Below, in pieces: positions 19,019 to 29,633 of a stretch of 64,000 bases of DNA (position 1 is the stretch's first letter; each line of letters opens with the position of its first letter). The position numbers and the translations under genes are program-made. The stretch spans positions 1,440,001 to 1,504,000 of the forward strand of contig OZ241892.1 of assembly GCA_965203485.1 (NCBI GenBank). The letters are read 5' to 3'. The stretch is from Longimicrobiales bacterium (GTDB lineage: Bacteria; Gemmatimonadota; Gemmatimonadetes; Longimicrobiales; Gaopeijiaceae). The notes beneath the pieces were generated by a model that saw nothing but the letters and a program-made list of their open reading frames with translations, was not told the DNA's origin and did not search any database.

Positions 19019-20086
19019 CTACCCGTCTCCCGTCCCTTCGTCCGGACCGGACGAGCAACGCTCCCGTCGCTCCAGTTGCGCCACTCGCTTCGCCAACTGG
19101 GGCAGCCGCATCAGGCGCGCCATGGCCCGCAAGTAGCCCTTGTGGTCGCGCGCCGGGTAGCCGGAGACGACTTCGCCGGACCCCACGTCCCCGATGACGC
19201 CCGCCTGCGCGCCGATCCGGGCGCCGGCGCCGATCCGGAGATGGCCGATCAGACCCGCTTGGCCGCCCATCGCCACGCCGGGGCCGGTCCGGGTAGAACC
19301 CGCCACGCCGACTTGCGCCACCAAGAGCGAGCCCGGGCCGATCTCGACGTTGTGCGCCAAGTGCACCAAGTTGTCCAGCTTGCTGCCGGCGCCGATCACG
19401 GTCCGTCCGATCGAACCCCGGTCGATCGTGCAGTTCGCGCCGATCTCCACGTCGTCCTCGACCACGCAACCGCCGACTTGCGGCACCTTGACGTGCTCGC
19501 CCTCCACCGTGGCGTAGCCGAATCCGTCCACGCCGATTCGCGTTCCCGCATGCACGGTCACCCGCGCGCCCAGCACGCAGCCCGGATAGACCGTCGCGTT
19601 GGGGAACAGCACGGTGTCCGCACCGATCGCAACGTCTTCGCCCACGACGCAGTTGGCGCCGACGACGGCGCGTTCGCCGATCGCCGCGCGCTCGCCGACG
19701 ACCGCCCCCGGGCCGACTCGGGCCGACGGATCCACGGACGCCGACGGATCCACGACCGCCGTGGCGTGAACGCCCGCCTCGGCGCCGGTCCGAGCGTCGG
19801 GGCGAAGGAGGCGCAACAACTCGCCCAGCGCGCGGTAGGGGTCGCCGACCACGAGCCGGTCGCAAGGCCCATGCTCCACCTCGGCCAGCGCGTCCGCTAC
19901 CAGCAACGCCCGTCCCCGGCAACCCGCCAACTCCTGCACATAGCGCCGGTTGGCCAAGAACGCCAAGTCGTCCTTTCCGGCGTCGCGCACTGGAGCGATG
20001 CGCGTGAAGAGCGCGCTTCCGTCGCCGACGACGCGGCCGTTGGTGGCCCGGGCGGCCGCGTCCAGCGTCAAGGCCACCTCGGTCAC
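19019..20086 (-). CDS. lpxD: UDP-3-O-acylglucosamine N-acyltransferase LpxD
   Basis: LAFLANRRY, hexapeptide repeats, [26 protein letters not shown] and [12 protein letters not shown]. Start is uncertain (GTG at 20086 or 20134). Confidence 0.93.
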   Translation of the reverse strand: MTEVALTLDAAARATNGRVVGDGSALFTRIAPVRDAGKDDLAFLANRRYVQELAGCRGRALLVADALAEVEHGPCDRLVVGDPYRALGELLRLLRPDARTGAEAGVHATAVVDPSASVDPSARVGPGAVVGERAAIGERAVVGANCVVGEDVAIGADTVLFPNATVYPGCVLGARVTVHAGTRIGVDGFGYATVEGEHVKVPQVGGCVVEDDVEIGANCTIDRGSIGRTVIGAGSKLDNLVHLAHNVEIGPGSLLVAQVGVAGSTRTGPGVAMGGQAGLIGHLRIGAGARIGAQAGVIGDVGSGEVVSGYPARDHKGYLRAMARLMRLPQLAKRVAQLERRERCSSGPDEGTGDG

Positions 20087-20229
20087 GGCCCGACGGACCT
20101 CGTGCGCGGCGCCCGTCCCGGCCGCCGCCTGCACGGTCGCCGCCCGCCGACTGCAGGGGCTTCCCCGCCCCGGCGGACCGCGACGGCGCTCACCTGTCCG
20201 TCAGGCCGCGCCGAACACCCTGCCGAGAA

Positions 20230-20778
20230 TCACCGTTCCCCGGGACTCCCGCCGCTGGCGCCGTTCTGAAGCCGCGTGATCACTTCTTGGGTCAGGTCGA
20301 GCGACGGGTCGGCCGTGATGATCGCCTGCGAGGCCACGTCCAGGATCACGGCGTAGGCGCCCTCGACCCGGATCTCGTCGATCACCGCCTTGACCGCGTC
20401 CATGACGGGCTGAAACAGCTCCGCGCGCCGCTGGTCGGCCTGGTTGCCCAAAGCCGCCCGCCGTTGCTGCAACGCTTGGTCCTGGTTCAACAACTCCTGC
20501 TGGCGCGCGTCGCGCGCTTCGGGCGTCATCGTCAGCTGCTGCTGGCGGAACTCGTCGGCGCTCGTCTGCAACGCCTCCTCGAGTTCCTGAATCTCCAGCT
20601 GGTATCCCCGCAGGCTGGCGTCCATCTGCCTCTGCGCGTCTTGGGCCAACGGGAACGCTTCGAGGACGGCCGCCGAGTTGATGTAGCCCACCTTGGTCGG
20701 CTGTGCGTCGAGCGAAACGGCGGAAGCGAGGGCCAACGCCGCTGCCAGCCCCACGGACGAACCACGCATGATACCCAC
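20230..20778 (-). CDS. skp: OmpH/Skp periplasmic chaperone
   Basis: Signal peptide, KVGYINSAAVL, a Q/E-rich coiled coil and DLTQEVITRL. Canonical position between bamA and lpxD. Confidence 0.9.
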   Translation of the reverse strand: MGIMRGSSVGLAAALALASAVSLDAQPTKVGYINSAAVLEAFPLAQDAQRQMDASLRGYQLEIQELEEALQTSADEFRQQQLTMTPEARDARQQELLNQDQALQQRRAALGNQADQRRAELFQPVMDAVKAVIDEIRVEGAYAVILDVASQAIITADPSLDLTQEVITRLQNGASGGSPGER

Positions 20779-20868
20779 TCTCCAGTTGTGAATCCCAGGG
20801 TCGGCCGCCGCCGCCCCGGCGCGAAATATAATGGGCGCGCTCTTCCGGCGCCGGTGCGCTGCTCCGCG

Positions 20869-23295
20869 TCAGAAGTTCGGCCCCATCTTGAAGTGGAGTT
20901 GCCAGCCCGGTTCCGTCTTGTCGAATCCGTAGGCGTAGTCGAGGCCGATTGGACCGAACGGCGTCATGAGCTGAACTCCGAAGCCGGCCCCGCGGTACAG
21001 CTTCGAGGAATTGAAGTCGCGCGGGTCCGCCCACAGGTTGCCCGCGTCGAAGAAGGCGGCAAGGCCCACGTTGGCGTTGATGACCGCCCTGACCTCGCCC
21101 GTCGCGGAGAGGTAGGCGTCGCCCAGGCGGTCGATCTGGGCGATGCCGTCGGCGCGGCGAGGGAAGTATCCGCGCGGCGTGATCGTGGTCTCGTCGTATC
21201 CGCGCAAGGGCTGGCCGAACTGGACGCCGCCGAGCCAGAACGACTCGAAGGGGAAACGCGACGCGTCTCCGAACAGCGCGCCGCCGCGCACGCCCGCCGA
21301 AAGCGCGAACTGCACGCCGCCCGGCGACACGCCGTCGCCTCCAAGCCCGCCGACCGGCACGATCCACTGGGCTTCGGCCGTGTTCTTGACGAAGTCGCCC
21401 GCCCCGCCCAGCGGCCCGCCGTTCAATTCGGTCGTCCAAGACTGGAGCGAGCCCGAAGTGGGGAACAGCGGATGGTTGAGGGTGCGGCGCGTCACGCCGA
21501 CCGAGAAGGAGCTGAGCGTGCCCGGCGGCAACCCGAAGAGCGATTCGTCGTCGACGTCGCGAAAGAGTTCGTAGCTGGTGCGCGAGAGCGAGTACCCGAA
21601 GAAGATCCGCGTCCGCAAGGAACCCGGGAACGGGATCCCGAACGTCGTCGTGAACCCGGAGCGCCGTCGTCGCCCTGTAGCGAACTGGAAGAAGCGGTCG
21701 GTGGAGTTGAAGAGCGAGATGGAGCCGCTCACCGTCGACTGGAAGAGCGCCGGGTCGCTGGCGCTCAGGGTGAAGCTCTGGATGTAGCGCCCGAAGTCCC
21801 AGCGAATGCTGCCCGACTTCGCTTGGCCGAAGAGGTTCGGCTGGTCGTAGCCGAGGAAGCCCGAGAGGCCGACGCCGCCGCCGACCGCCGTGCCGAACTG
21901 AATGGAGCCTGTGCTCTTCTCCTCGACCGTGAACACGATGTCCACGTCGCCCGTCTCGTCCAGGCGCTCGATTTCGGGCGGCGCCATGGGCTCGAAGAAC
22001 CCCAGCGACTGGATGTTCTGATAGGACTGCAGGAGCAGGGCCTGACTGTAGACGTCGCCGGGCAGGAGAAAGACCTTCTCGCGGATGACGCGGTCGTAGG
22101 TGAAGTCGTTGCCGGCGATGACGATCTTGTTGACGTACGCTTGCGTCATTTCCTGGATCCGCCACGTGGCCCGCACTTGCGGGGCGCCCTCCTCGTCGTC
22201 GGCGATGGGTTCCCAAGAGGGGTCGATTCGGGCGTACAGATAGCCCTGGTTCGTGTAGAGCTCGCGAACGCGTTGCGCGGCCTCCTCGAAGGCCACCGCG
22301 TCGAACACCTGTCCGGTGGCGCCGCCGCCGTCGTCGCCGATGCCCAGCATTCCCAGCAAGCCGCCCGACCCGCGTTCGTAGTAGCGCTCCAGGTCCTCCG
22401 TCTCGAACGCCTTGGCGCCCTCGACGGCGAACTCCCCGAGCTTGTACTGGGGCCCCTCGCTGACGCGAACCTCGATCCTGGCCTTGCCGCTTTGCGGGTC
22501 CACGATCAGCGTGTCCCCCAGCACTTCGAAGTCCAGGAACCCTGCCTGGAAGTAGCGCCTCGGCAGAGATTCGAGGAGGTCGGTCTCGAACTCCACCTCG
22601 TCGTAGTCCCCGCCCCGGAACCACAGGAAGCTCTCCGGCTTCGTGGTCATCGCGTCGCGCAGCTCGTCGTCGGAGAAGCTCTCGTTGCCGGAGAACGCGA
22701 CCTGGGCGATCGTCACGCGCTGGCCCTCCTCGACTTCGAGGACCACGTCCACGCGGCCGGCGCTGCCCGGCACCGGCTGCTCGCGCTGCTCGATGCGGGC
22801 GAACGGCACGCCCCGGCGCCGCAACTCGTCGCGGATGAACGCCTTGGCCTTCTCGAGGCCGCTAGGCGACAGCGGCGCGTCCTCCTCCAGGCCGCCCGCC
22901 TCGAGAACGTCGTCCGCGCTCAGCGACTCGAGGCCCGTGATTCGTATCAGGCGGGCGAGCGCTCGCTCCTCGACCTGGAAGACCAGCACGTTGCGGCCCG
23001 TGGACTCGTCGATGCGGACCACGACGTCCTCGTAGCGGCCCGTCGCCCACAGCGCCTTGACGGCGCGCTGGATGTCCAGCCAGCTGTTGAGCGACCCGGG
23101 CTGGATCCCCGCCGCGCCCACGACGTCCCCGTACTCGAGCTGAACCATGCCCTCGGCGGCGACCGAGTCGATCCGCACGAGCGGGCTGCCGACCGGCGCC
23201 TGCCCGGCGGCCCCCCGCCCCGCGGCGGCCAAGGCCACCCCGGCGAGCACCCCCGGAAGCGCCCGCGGCCGGCGTCGGCGCCGTCCGGGTTTCAC
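20869..23295 (-). CDS. bamA: Outer membrane protein assembly factor BamA (808 aa)
   Basis: POTRA-like repeats (FSGNESFSDDEL; IVIAGNDFT.DRVIRE; VDIVFTVEEKSTG), NLFGQ, LRGY, AGFGVQLMTPFGPIGLDYAYG and a terminal Phe. Confidence 0.95.
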   Translation of the reverse strand: MKPGRRRRRPRALPGVLAGVALAAAGRGAAGQAPVGSPLVRIDSVAAEGMVQLEYGDVVGAAGIQPGSLNSWLDIQRAVKALWATGRYEDVVVRIDESTGRNVLVFQVEERALARLIRITGLESLSADDVLEAGGLEEDAPLSPSGLEKAKAFIRDELRRRGVPFARIEQREQPVPGSAGRVDVVLEVEEGQRVTIAQVAFSGNESFSDDELRDAMTTKPESFLWFRGGDYDEVEFETDLLESLPRRYFQAGFLDFEVLGDTLIVDPQSGKARIEVRVSEGPQYKLGEFAVEGAKAFETEDLERYYERGSGGLLGMLGIGDDGGGATGQVFDAVAFEEAAQRVRELYTNQGYLYARIDPSWEPIADDEEGAPQVRATWRIQEMTQAYVNKIVIAGNDFTYDRVIREKVFLLPGDVYSQALLLQSYQNIQSLGFFEPMAPPEIERLDETGDVDIVFTVEEKSTGSIQFGTAVGGGVGLSGFLGYDQPNLFGQAKSGSIRWDFGRYIQSFTLSASDPALFQSTVSGSISLFNSTDRFFQFATGRRRRSGFTTTFGIPFPGSLRTRIFFGYSLSRTSYELFRDVDDESLFGLPPGTLSSFSVGVTRRTLNHPLFPTSGSLQSWTTELNGGPLGGAGDFVKNTAEAQWIVPVGGLGGDGVSPGGVQFALSAGVRGGALFGDASRFPFESFWLGGVQFGQPLRGYDETTITPRGYFPRRADGIAQIDRLGDAYLSATGEVRAVINANVGLAAFFDAGNLWADPRDFNSSKLYRGAGFGVQLMTPFGPIGLDYAYGFDKTEPGWQLHFKMGPNF

Positions 23296-25802
23296 GTCTT
23301 GGTGGGAGAGGCGACCCCGATGGACAGCCGCTCGCCGTCCTCGCTCACGTCCGCCGCCACTTCGTCCCCGGCCGCGAACTCCGCCAGCAGGATCTTCTCG
23401 GAGAGCGGGTCCTCCAGGTAGCGCCGGATCGCCCGCTTCAGGGGCCGGGCGCCGAACTTCTCGTCGTAGCCGCGGTCCACCAGGAAGTCCACGGCGGCGG
23501 CCGTCAGCTCGAGCGACATCTTCTCGCGCGCGAGGCGCTCCTGGACGTTGTCGAGCAGGATGTGGACGATTCGGCCGATTTCGTCGCGGCTCAGCGGATG
23601 GAACACGATCGTGTCGTCCAGCCGGTTCAGGAACTCCGGATTGAAGGCGCGGTCGATCTCCTCCTTGACCTTGTCGCGCATGAACTCGTAGTCCGATCCC
23701 GCGTCCGCCTTCCGGAACCCGAGGCCGCCCTTGGAGATTTCCCGCGCCCCCAGGTTGGAGGTCATGATCAGCACCGTGTTCTTGAAGTCGATCACGCGGC
23801 CGTAGTTGTCCGTCAGGTGGCCTTCGTCGAGCACCTGCAGGAGCACGTTGAAGACGTCTGGGTGGGCCTTCTCGATCTCGTCCAGGAGCACGACGGCGTA
23901 CGGGCGGCGGCGGACCGCCTTGGTGAGTGCGCCCGAGTCCTCGTAGCCGACGTAGCCGGGCGGGGCTCCGATCAGCCGCGACACCGAGAACTTTTCCATG
24001 TACTCGCTCATGTCCACGCGAATGAGAGCGTCGCGGTCGGCAAAGAGGAACTCGGCCAGCGTGCGTGCGAGTTCGGTCTTGCCGACGCCCGTAGGCCCGG
24101 AAAAGACGAAGGAGCCGATCGGGCGCGCCGGGTCCTGCAGGCCTGCGCGGCTCCGCCGAATGGCGCGGCTGATCGCCGCGATCGCGTCGTCCTGGCCGAC
24201 GACCCGCTTGTGCAGCTCCTCCTCCATGTTGACCAAGCGCTCGGTCTCCGCCTGTTGAATGCGCGCGACGGGAATCCCCGTCCAGCGGCTGACGATGAAG
24301 GCGACGTCGTCTCCGCCGATCTCCGGCCGGAACTGCTTGCGCTCCTCTTCCCAGGCCGCCTGCTCGTCCTCCATGCTCTGCTGGATATCCCGCTCCTCGT
24401 CGCGCAACTGGGCAGCCCGCTCGAAGTCCTGGCTCCGGATCGCCTCCTCCTTGGCTCCGACCACGGCCGCGAGACGCTGCTTGAGGCCCTCGACGCCGGG
24501 CGGCGGCGCTTGGCCGGTGATGCGCGCGCGCGCACCCGCTTCATCAATCACGTCGATCGCCTTGTCCGGCAGGAAGCGGTCCGTGATGTAGCGGTCCGCC
24601 AAGTGCGACGCTTCCGCGAGCGCCTCGTCCGAGACGACGACCTTGTGGTGCTCCTCGTAGTGGCCGCGCAGGCCGCGCAGGATCTCCACCGTGTCGTCCA
24701 CGGACGGGGGCTCGACGATCACGGCCTGGAAGCGGCGTTCGAGGGCCCCGTCCGTCTCCACGTGCTTGCGGTACTCGTTGAGCGTGGATGCCCCGATGCA
24801 TTGCAGCTCGCCCCGGGCCAGCGCCGGCTTGAGCATGCTCGACGCGTCGATGGCGCCCTCCGCCGCCCCGGCGCCGACGAGCGTGTGCAGTTCGTCGATG
24901 AACAGGACGACGTTGCGGCTTTGCTGTATTTCGTTGACGACGGCCTTGAGGCGCTCCTCGAACTGCCCGCGGTACTTGGTGCCCGCGATCACAGAGGCCA
25001 TGTCCAGGGCCAACACGCGATGCGACTTGAGCGCCTCCGTCACCTCGCCCTTGGCCACCAGCTGCGCGAGCCCCTCCACGATCGCCGTCTTGCCGACGCC
25101 GGGCTCGCCGATCAGGACCGGGTTGTTCTTGCGGCGCCGGCACAGGATCTCGACGATGCGCTCGATCTCGCCCACGCGGCCGACGATCGGGTCCAGCTCG
25201 CCGCCGCGGGCCATGCCGGTCAGGTCGCGGCAGAAGTGGTTGAGCGCCGGCGTGCCCGACTTCTTGCCGGACGCTTTCTGAAGGCCGGCGCCGTACTTGG
25301 GCGCCGGATCGTGGACTGCCGACGCGGGCGACGTCGCCGTGCCGCCGGCGTCCGAGCCGAGCACCTTGAGCGTCTCGGCCCTGGCGTCGTCCAACGACAC
25401 GCCCTGGGCGTTGAGCACCTGGGCCGCGACGCCCTTGCTCTCCCGGAGCAGGCCGAGCAGCAGGTGCTCGGTGCCGACGTAGGAATGGTTGAGGTCGTGC
25501 GCTTCCGCGACCGCGTAGTCGAGCACTTTCTTCGCAGGCGACGTGTACGGCAACTCGCCCAGCGCGATCGTGGCGTTTCCCTTGCGGACGGACTCCTCCA
25601 CACCGCTGTGGACCTTGTCCAGGTTGGCGTTCAAGTTGCTCAGCACGTGGGCGGCCACGCCCTCGCCCTCGCGAATCAACCCCAGCAACACGTGCTCGGT
25701 GCTGATGTAGTCGTGCTGAAGCCGAATCGCTTCCTGCCGGGCCATCGACAGAACTTTCCGAACCCGTTCGGTGAAGTTGTACTTCTTCATCGTCTCCGCC
25801 AT
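23292..25802 (-). CDS. clpC: ATP-dependent Clp protease ATP-binding subunit ClpC (~836 aa)
   Basis: [11 protein letters not shown]lp-N repeats, Walker A motifs GEPGVGKT and GPTGVGKT, a short UVR middle domain ([11 protein letters not shown]), and GARPLKR. Start at 25802 or 25790. Confidence 0.95.
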   Translation of the reverse strand: MAETMKKYNFTERVRKVLSMARQEAIRLQHDYISTEHVLLGLIREGEGVAAHVLSNLNANLDKVHSGVEESVRKGNATIALGELPYTSPAKKVLDYAVAEAHDLNHSYVGTEHLLLGLLRESKGVAAQVLNAQGVSLDDARAETLKVLGSDAGGTATSPASAVHDPAPKYGAGLQKASGKKSGTPALNHFCRDLTGMARGGELDPIVGRVGEIERIVEILCRRRKNNPVLIGEPGVGKTAIVEGLAQLVAKGEVTEALKSHRVLALDMASVIAGTKYRGQFEERLKAVVNEIQQSRNVVLFIDELHTLVGAGAAEGAIDASSMLKPALARGELQCIGASTLNEYRKHVETDGALERRFQAVIVEPPSVDDTVEILRGLRGHYEEHHKVVVSDEALAEASHLADRYITDRFLPDKAIDVIDEAGARARITGQAPPPGVEGLKQRLAAVVGAKEEAIRSQDFERAAQLRDEERDIQQSMEDEQAAWEEERKQFRPEIGGDDVAFIVSRWTGIPVARIQQAETERLVNMEEELHKRVVGQDDAIAAISRAIRRSRAGLQDPARPIGSFVFSGPTGVGKTELARTLAEFLFADRDALIRVDMSEYMEKFSVSRLIGAPPGYVGYEDSGALTKAVRRRPYAVVLLDEIEKAHPDVFNVLLQVLDEGHLTDNYGRVIDFKNTVLIMTSNLGAREISKGGLGFRKADAGSDYEFMRDKVKEEIDRAFNPEFLNRLDDTIVFHPLSRDEIGRIVHILLDNVQERLAREKMSLELTAAAVDFLVDRGYDEKFGARPLKRAIRRYLEDPLSEKILLAEFAAGDEVAADVSEDGERLSIGVASPTKT

Positions 25803-25846
25803 CCTCCCGAGGCCGCCTTCCTGCCGAAAGGTCGCCCCGAAGCCCG

Positions 25847-26968
25847 TCAACCGGAAGACCCGCCTTCTTCTGCGCCGTCTGCGCCCGCTCCGCCGGGCTC
25901 GCCGACCGCCACCAAGCGCGACCGCACGAACGAGGCGCGCCGCGCGTGGCGTTCGGCCGGCGACAGCTCCCGGCCGGCCGCGTCCTCGACGTGGGCCGCC
26001 TGCGCAAGGATCATGAGCCGGTTGAGCGAATCGACGGACGGCCCCGGCAAGATTCTCAGCGCGACCCCCAACCGCACCCCGGACAGCAGGTTGGCCATCT
26101 CCTCGTAGCGGAGGCTGCGGGCGTACCGGAGCAAGCCGTAAGCCCGCCACACCTTGTCCTCCACGGCCGCGCGCGCGTCGCGCATCAGGACTTCGCGGGC
26201 CTGCGTCTCCGTCTGGATGACGGTGTCCACGATCCTGGCCACGTGGTCCACCAAGTCCTCTTCGCTCTTTCCCAAGGTCGTCTGGTTGGATATCTGGAAG
26301 AAGTTGCCGACCACGTCCGAGCCCTCGCCGTAGAGTCCCCTGAACGTCAGCCCGACCTGCGACACCCCCCGCAGGACCTTCTCGATCTCCTTCGTGAGCA
26401 CCAGCCCCGGCAGATGGACCAGCGCCGAGGCCCGAAGCCCCGTGCCGGCGTTGGTGGGGCACGCGGTGAGAAAACCGAACTCGTTGTGATAGGCCAGCGG
26501 CAGCGCCGCGCCGATCTCGTCGTCCAGGCGGTCGGCCAGACGCCACGCCTCGATCAGCTGCAGTCCGGGAGCCAAGCTCTGCAGGCGAAGATGATCCTCC
26601 TCGTTGACCATCAAGCTCACGCGGCGCCCGGCGCCCGCGACCGCTGCCGTGCCGGCGGGTGGTTCCTCGCCCGCGCCCAGGAGCTCGCGCGACACGAGAC
26701 GCCGTTCATGCAGGATGCGCCGCCGTCGTTCGGTTATCGCGGGCAACGGCAGCACGGTTGCGCCGCGCAGGAGCGGGACCCGTTCGACCGCCGCCGCCAC
26801 CCGGTCGAGAACGGCCAAGTGGTCGGCCGCCTCGGCACGGGAGACGAACGCGCAACCTTGCAAGTTGCGCGCCAGCCGCACTCGCGTGGACACGACGACC
26901 GCGGCGTGCGGGCCGCTTCCGTCGAGCCAGCCCAAGCCCAGGCCGGGGCGGACGTCCAGTGAACTCAT
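25847..26968 (-). CDS. mcsB: Protein-arginine kinase McsB
   Basis: STRVRLARNL, MVNEEDHLRLQ, GFLTACPTNAGTGLRAS, RGLYGEGS and QISNQTTLG. Lies between mcsA and clpC. Confidence 0.93.
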   Translation of the reverse strand: MSSLDVRPGLGLGWLDGSGPHAAVVVSTRVRLARNLQGCAFVSRAEAADHLAVLDRVAAAVERVPLLRGATVLPLPAITERRRRILHERRLVSRELLGAGEEPPAGTAAVAGAGRRVSLMVNEEDHLRLQSLAPGLQLIEAWRLADRLDDEIGAALPLAYHNEFGFLTACPTNAGTGLRASALVHLPGLVLTKEIEKVLRGVSQVGLTFRGLYGEGSDVVGNFFQISNQTTLGKSEEDLVDHVARIVDTVIQTETQAREVLMRDARAAVEDKVWRAYGLLRYARSLRYEEMANLLSGVRLGVALRILPGPSVDSLNRLMILAQAAHVEDAAGRELSPAERHARRASFVRSRLVAVGEPGGAGADGAEEGGSSG

Positions 26969-27056
26969 CCGGCCGCCCGGCGCGGGCAGGCGCGGACGTC
27001 CGTGCAGGCCCTGCGCGCGCTTCGGCCCGCGCGGCCGCCGACAACGCGCGGGGGCG

Positions 27057-27566
27057 TCACGGCGCGGCCCCCTCCAGCGCGCGGATCGTGTCGCGCAACG
27101 TCGCGGCGCGCTCGAAGTCCTCCGCGGCGACCGCTCTCTCCAGGCGTCCCCGAAGGACTTGCAGGCGGTCGGCGTCGTCCGCGGCGGGGCCGGGCGGCAG
27201 ATACACCTTGCCCGTGTGTTGGCTCGAGCCGTGAATCCGCCCGAGGAGCTGGCGCAGCTTCACCTCGAAGCAGGCGTAGCACTCCGGGCATCCCAGGCGC
27301 CCCGTCTTCTTGAAGTCGGCGTGGGCTAGGCCGCAGAAGCCGCAAGCCTCGGCCCTGTCGGCGGCGCCGGCCTCTTCGCCGCCCAGCTGCGCCAGCATCT
27401 CGCCGATGTCGAAGGCCAGCGGCGCCCCCGACGCGCCGATGCCCTTCTCCGCCGCGCACGACTTGCAGTAGTAGTGGCTGGACTGGTGGCCGTTCACGAC
27501 CTTTTCCAGATGCACGACCGCCGGGCGCCCGCACCCGTCGGCGCCGCACTTCTTCGGATCAGGCAT
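27057..27566 (-). CDS. mcsA: McsA (Cys-rich zinc-binding protein with UVR domain)
   Basis: Four Cys pairs (CGADGC, CKSC, CGFC, CPEC), [19 protein letters not shown] and C-terminal [13 protein letters not shown]. Confidence 0.92.
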   Translation of the reverse strand: MPDPKKCGADGCGRPAVVHLEKVVNGHQSSHYYCKSCAAEKGIGASGAPLAFDIGEMLAQLGGEEAGAADRAEACGFCGLAHADFKKTGRLGCPECYACFEVKLRQLLGRIHGSSQHTGKVYLPPGPAADDADRLQVLRGRLERAVAAEDFERAATLRDTIRALEGAAP

Positions 27567-28368
27567 CCTCGAGCACTCCGTCCTTGAGCGTCAGCGTCCT
27601 GTCCGCCTTGGACGCCAGCTCAAGGTTGTGGGTTGCCACGACGAGAGCAACGCCGCTTCGGCGCCTCATCTCGAACAGCAGTTCGCGCACCGCTTGGCCG
27701 GAGCGGGCGTCCAAGTTCCCGGTCGGCTCGTCCGCCAAGACGACCAGGGGCTCGTTCACCAGGGCCCGCGCCACCGCCACCCGCTGCTGTTCGCCGCCCG
27801 ACAGTTCCGCAGGCCGGTGGGCCGCGCGCTCCGCCAGGCCCACTTGGCCCAGCAGCATCGACGCCCGCCGACGCGCCTCGGACGCGCCGTCGCCCCGAAT
27901 CAGCGCGGGCATCATGACGTTCTCGAGCGCCGAAAACTCCCGGAGCAGATGGTGGAACTGAAAGACGAAGCCGACGCTCGCGTTGCGCGCCGCCGCAAGC
28001 CGCTCGTCGTCCATTCGCGCGACGTCGGCGCCGCCCAGCTCCACGCAGCCCTCCGTGGGCCGGTCCAATGCGCCCAGCAGGCCGAGCAGGGTCGACTTGC
28101 CCGCTCCGCTGGCTCCCACGACGGCGACCGCCTCGCCCGGCGCGGCGGCGAAGTCCACGCCCCGCAACACGTCCAGCTCTCCACCCCCGGGCGCGGCGAA
28201 TGAGCGGCGAAGGCCGCGCACGACCAGCGGCGGCGCGCTCCGCCCGGCAGTCCCGTTGCGTGCCGCGACGACGCCCGCCCGGCGGAGATCGCCCGCGACC
28301 GGCGGCGGCCCCCCCGCGACCGCCGGTCCCCCTCGTTCCGTCCCGGCCGCGCCCGCCCGCTCACTCAT
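27559..28368 (-). CDS. lolD: Lipoprotein-releasing ABC transporter ATP-binding protein
   Basis: [34 protein letters not shown] and [10 protein letters not shown]. Adjacent to a LolC/E permease. Confidence 0.9.
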   Translation of the reverse strand: MSERAGAAGTERGGPAVAGGPPPVAGDLRRAGVVAARNGTAGRSAPPLVVRGLRRSFAAPGGGELDVLRGVDFAAAPGEAVAVVGASGAGKSTLLGLLGALDRPTEGCVELGGADVARMDDERLAAARNASVGFVFQFHHLLREFSALENVMMPALIRGDGASEARRRASMLLGQVGLAERAAHRPAELSGGEQQRVAVARALVNEPLVVLADEPTGNLDARSGQAVRELLFEMRRRSGVALVVATHNLELASKADRTLTLKDGVLEDA

Positions 28369-29617
28369 GGCGGATCGCGTCCACCGGCGCCAGCTTCGCC
28401 GCCTGCCTCGCCGGATAGATGGTGGCGGCGAACGAAATCGCCATGCTGACGCCGACGATCCAGGCGACGTCGAGCGGCGAAACCGCCACCGGCAACCTGT
28501 CCACCAAGTACACTTCGGGCGGGATCGGAATCAGCTGGTACCGCTCGACGGCGACCGACGCGCCGACGCCCAGAAGCACGCCCGCCGCCGTGCCGATGGC
28601 CCCGATCCACAGTCCCTGCAAGAGGAAGACCAGCAGCGTGTCCCGCTTGGTCAGGCCCATCGCCTTGAGGATGCCGATCTCCCGAGTTCGGTCGACCACT
28701 ACCATTACCAGCGTGCTGACGATGTTGAACGCGGCAACGAGCACGATGAGCGACAGCACGATTCCCATCGCCAGCTTCTCCAGCTTGAGCGCGCCGAAGA
28801 GATGCCGGTTCGTTCGCGTCCAGGGGTCCACGACGTACGGCCATCCTCCGACGGCCCGCCGAACCTCGTCGGCGGTTTCGTCGGCCTTCCAGGGGTCCGC
28901 CGATCTCACGCCGACGAACGAAGCGGCCCCCTCGTCCATGTCCAGCAGCTCCTGCACGTCGGACAGTGCGGCGTAGCCGTTCTTGAGGTCGTAGTCGTAG
29001 ATGCCCGTCGTGAAGATGCCCGAGACCCGCCACTGGGCCATGCGGGGCCAGAAGTCCGCGTTCGGACTCAGGTCGAACGTCTCCATGGCCACGACCAGGA
29101 CCGTGTCGCCCTCGAACAGGTTCATCCGGCCGGCCACGCCGCTGCCCAGCACCACGGGCACGAGGGCGCCGGGCGCTCTCTCCAGCGACAGCTCGCCGGA
29201 CCGCAGGCTGTCGTGGATGGCGTTGAGGGCCGGCCCCGGCGCGTCCAGGTCCACGCCGTAGAGGTCGAGCACCTCCGAGTAGTCGCCCCTGACCAAGCCC
29301 ACGCGAGTCAGCGCCAGGGGCGAGGCCGCCACCACGCCTTCGACTGCGCGGGCGCTCTCGACGACTTGCCGCCAGTCGTGCACGCGAAGCGACTCTCCGG
29401 ACTCCAGGACCAGCACGTGCGGGTTCGATCCCAGGATCTTCTCGCGCAGCTCGTTGGTCATGCCCGTCATGACGCCGATGACGACGACCAGCGCCGTCAC
29501 GCCCACGACGATGCCGCACAGCGCAACCCACGTGATGAACGAGAGGAGGCGCCCTCCCTTGCGGGACGCCAAGTAGCGGCGCGCCAGGAACCAAGCAAGG
29601 CCCGTCCGCGACGTCAT
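28361..29617 (-). CDS. Lipoprotein-releasing ABC transporter permease (single LolC/E-type subunit)
   Basis: [50 protein letters not shown] and [18 protein letters not shown]. Confidence 0.92.
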   Translation of the reverse strand: MTSRTGLAWFLARRYLASRKGGRLLSFITWVALCGIVVGVTALVVVIGVMTGMTNELREKILGSNPHVLVLESGESLRVHDWRQVVESARAVEGVVAASPLALTRVGLVRGDYSEVLDLYGVDLDAPGPALNAIHDSLRSGELSLERAPGALVPVVLGSGVAGRMNLFEGDTVLVVAMETFDLSPNADFWPRMAQWRVSGIFTTGIYDYDLKNGYAALSDVQELLDMDEGAASFVGVRSADPWKADETADEVRRAVGGWPYVVDPWTRTNRHLFGALKLEKLAMGIVLSLIVLVAAFNIVSTLVMVVVDRTREIGILKAMGLTKRDTLLVFLLQGLWIGAIGTAAGVLLGVGASVAVERYQLIPIPPEVYLVDRLPVAVSPLDVAWIVGVSMAISFAATIYPARQAAKLAPVDAIRHE

Positions 29618-29633
29618 GGGCCCGGCCCGGACC

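Noticed and set aside
20230..23295. bamA/skp as a dedicated secretion system for the flanking giant proteins
   Set aside because: bamA-skp-lpxD is the standard housekeeping arrangement; proximity alone is not evidence of dedication.
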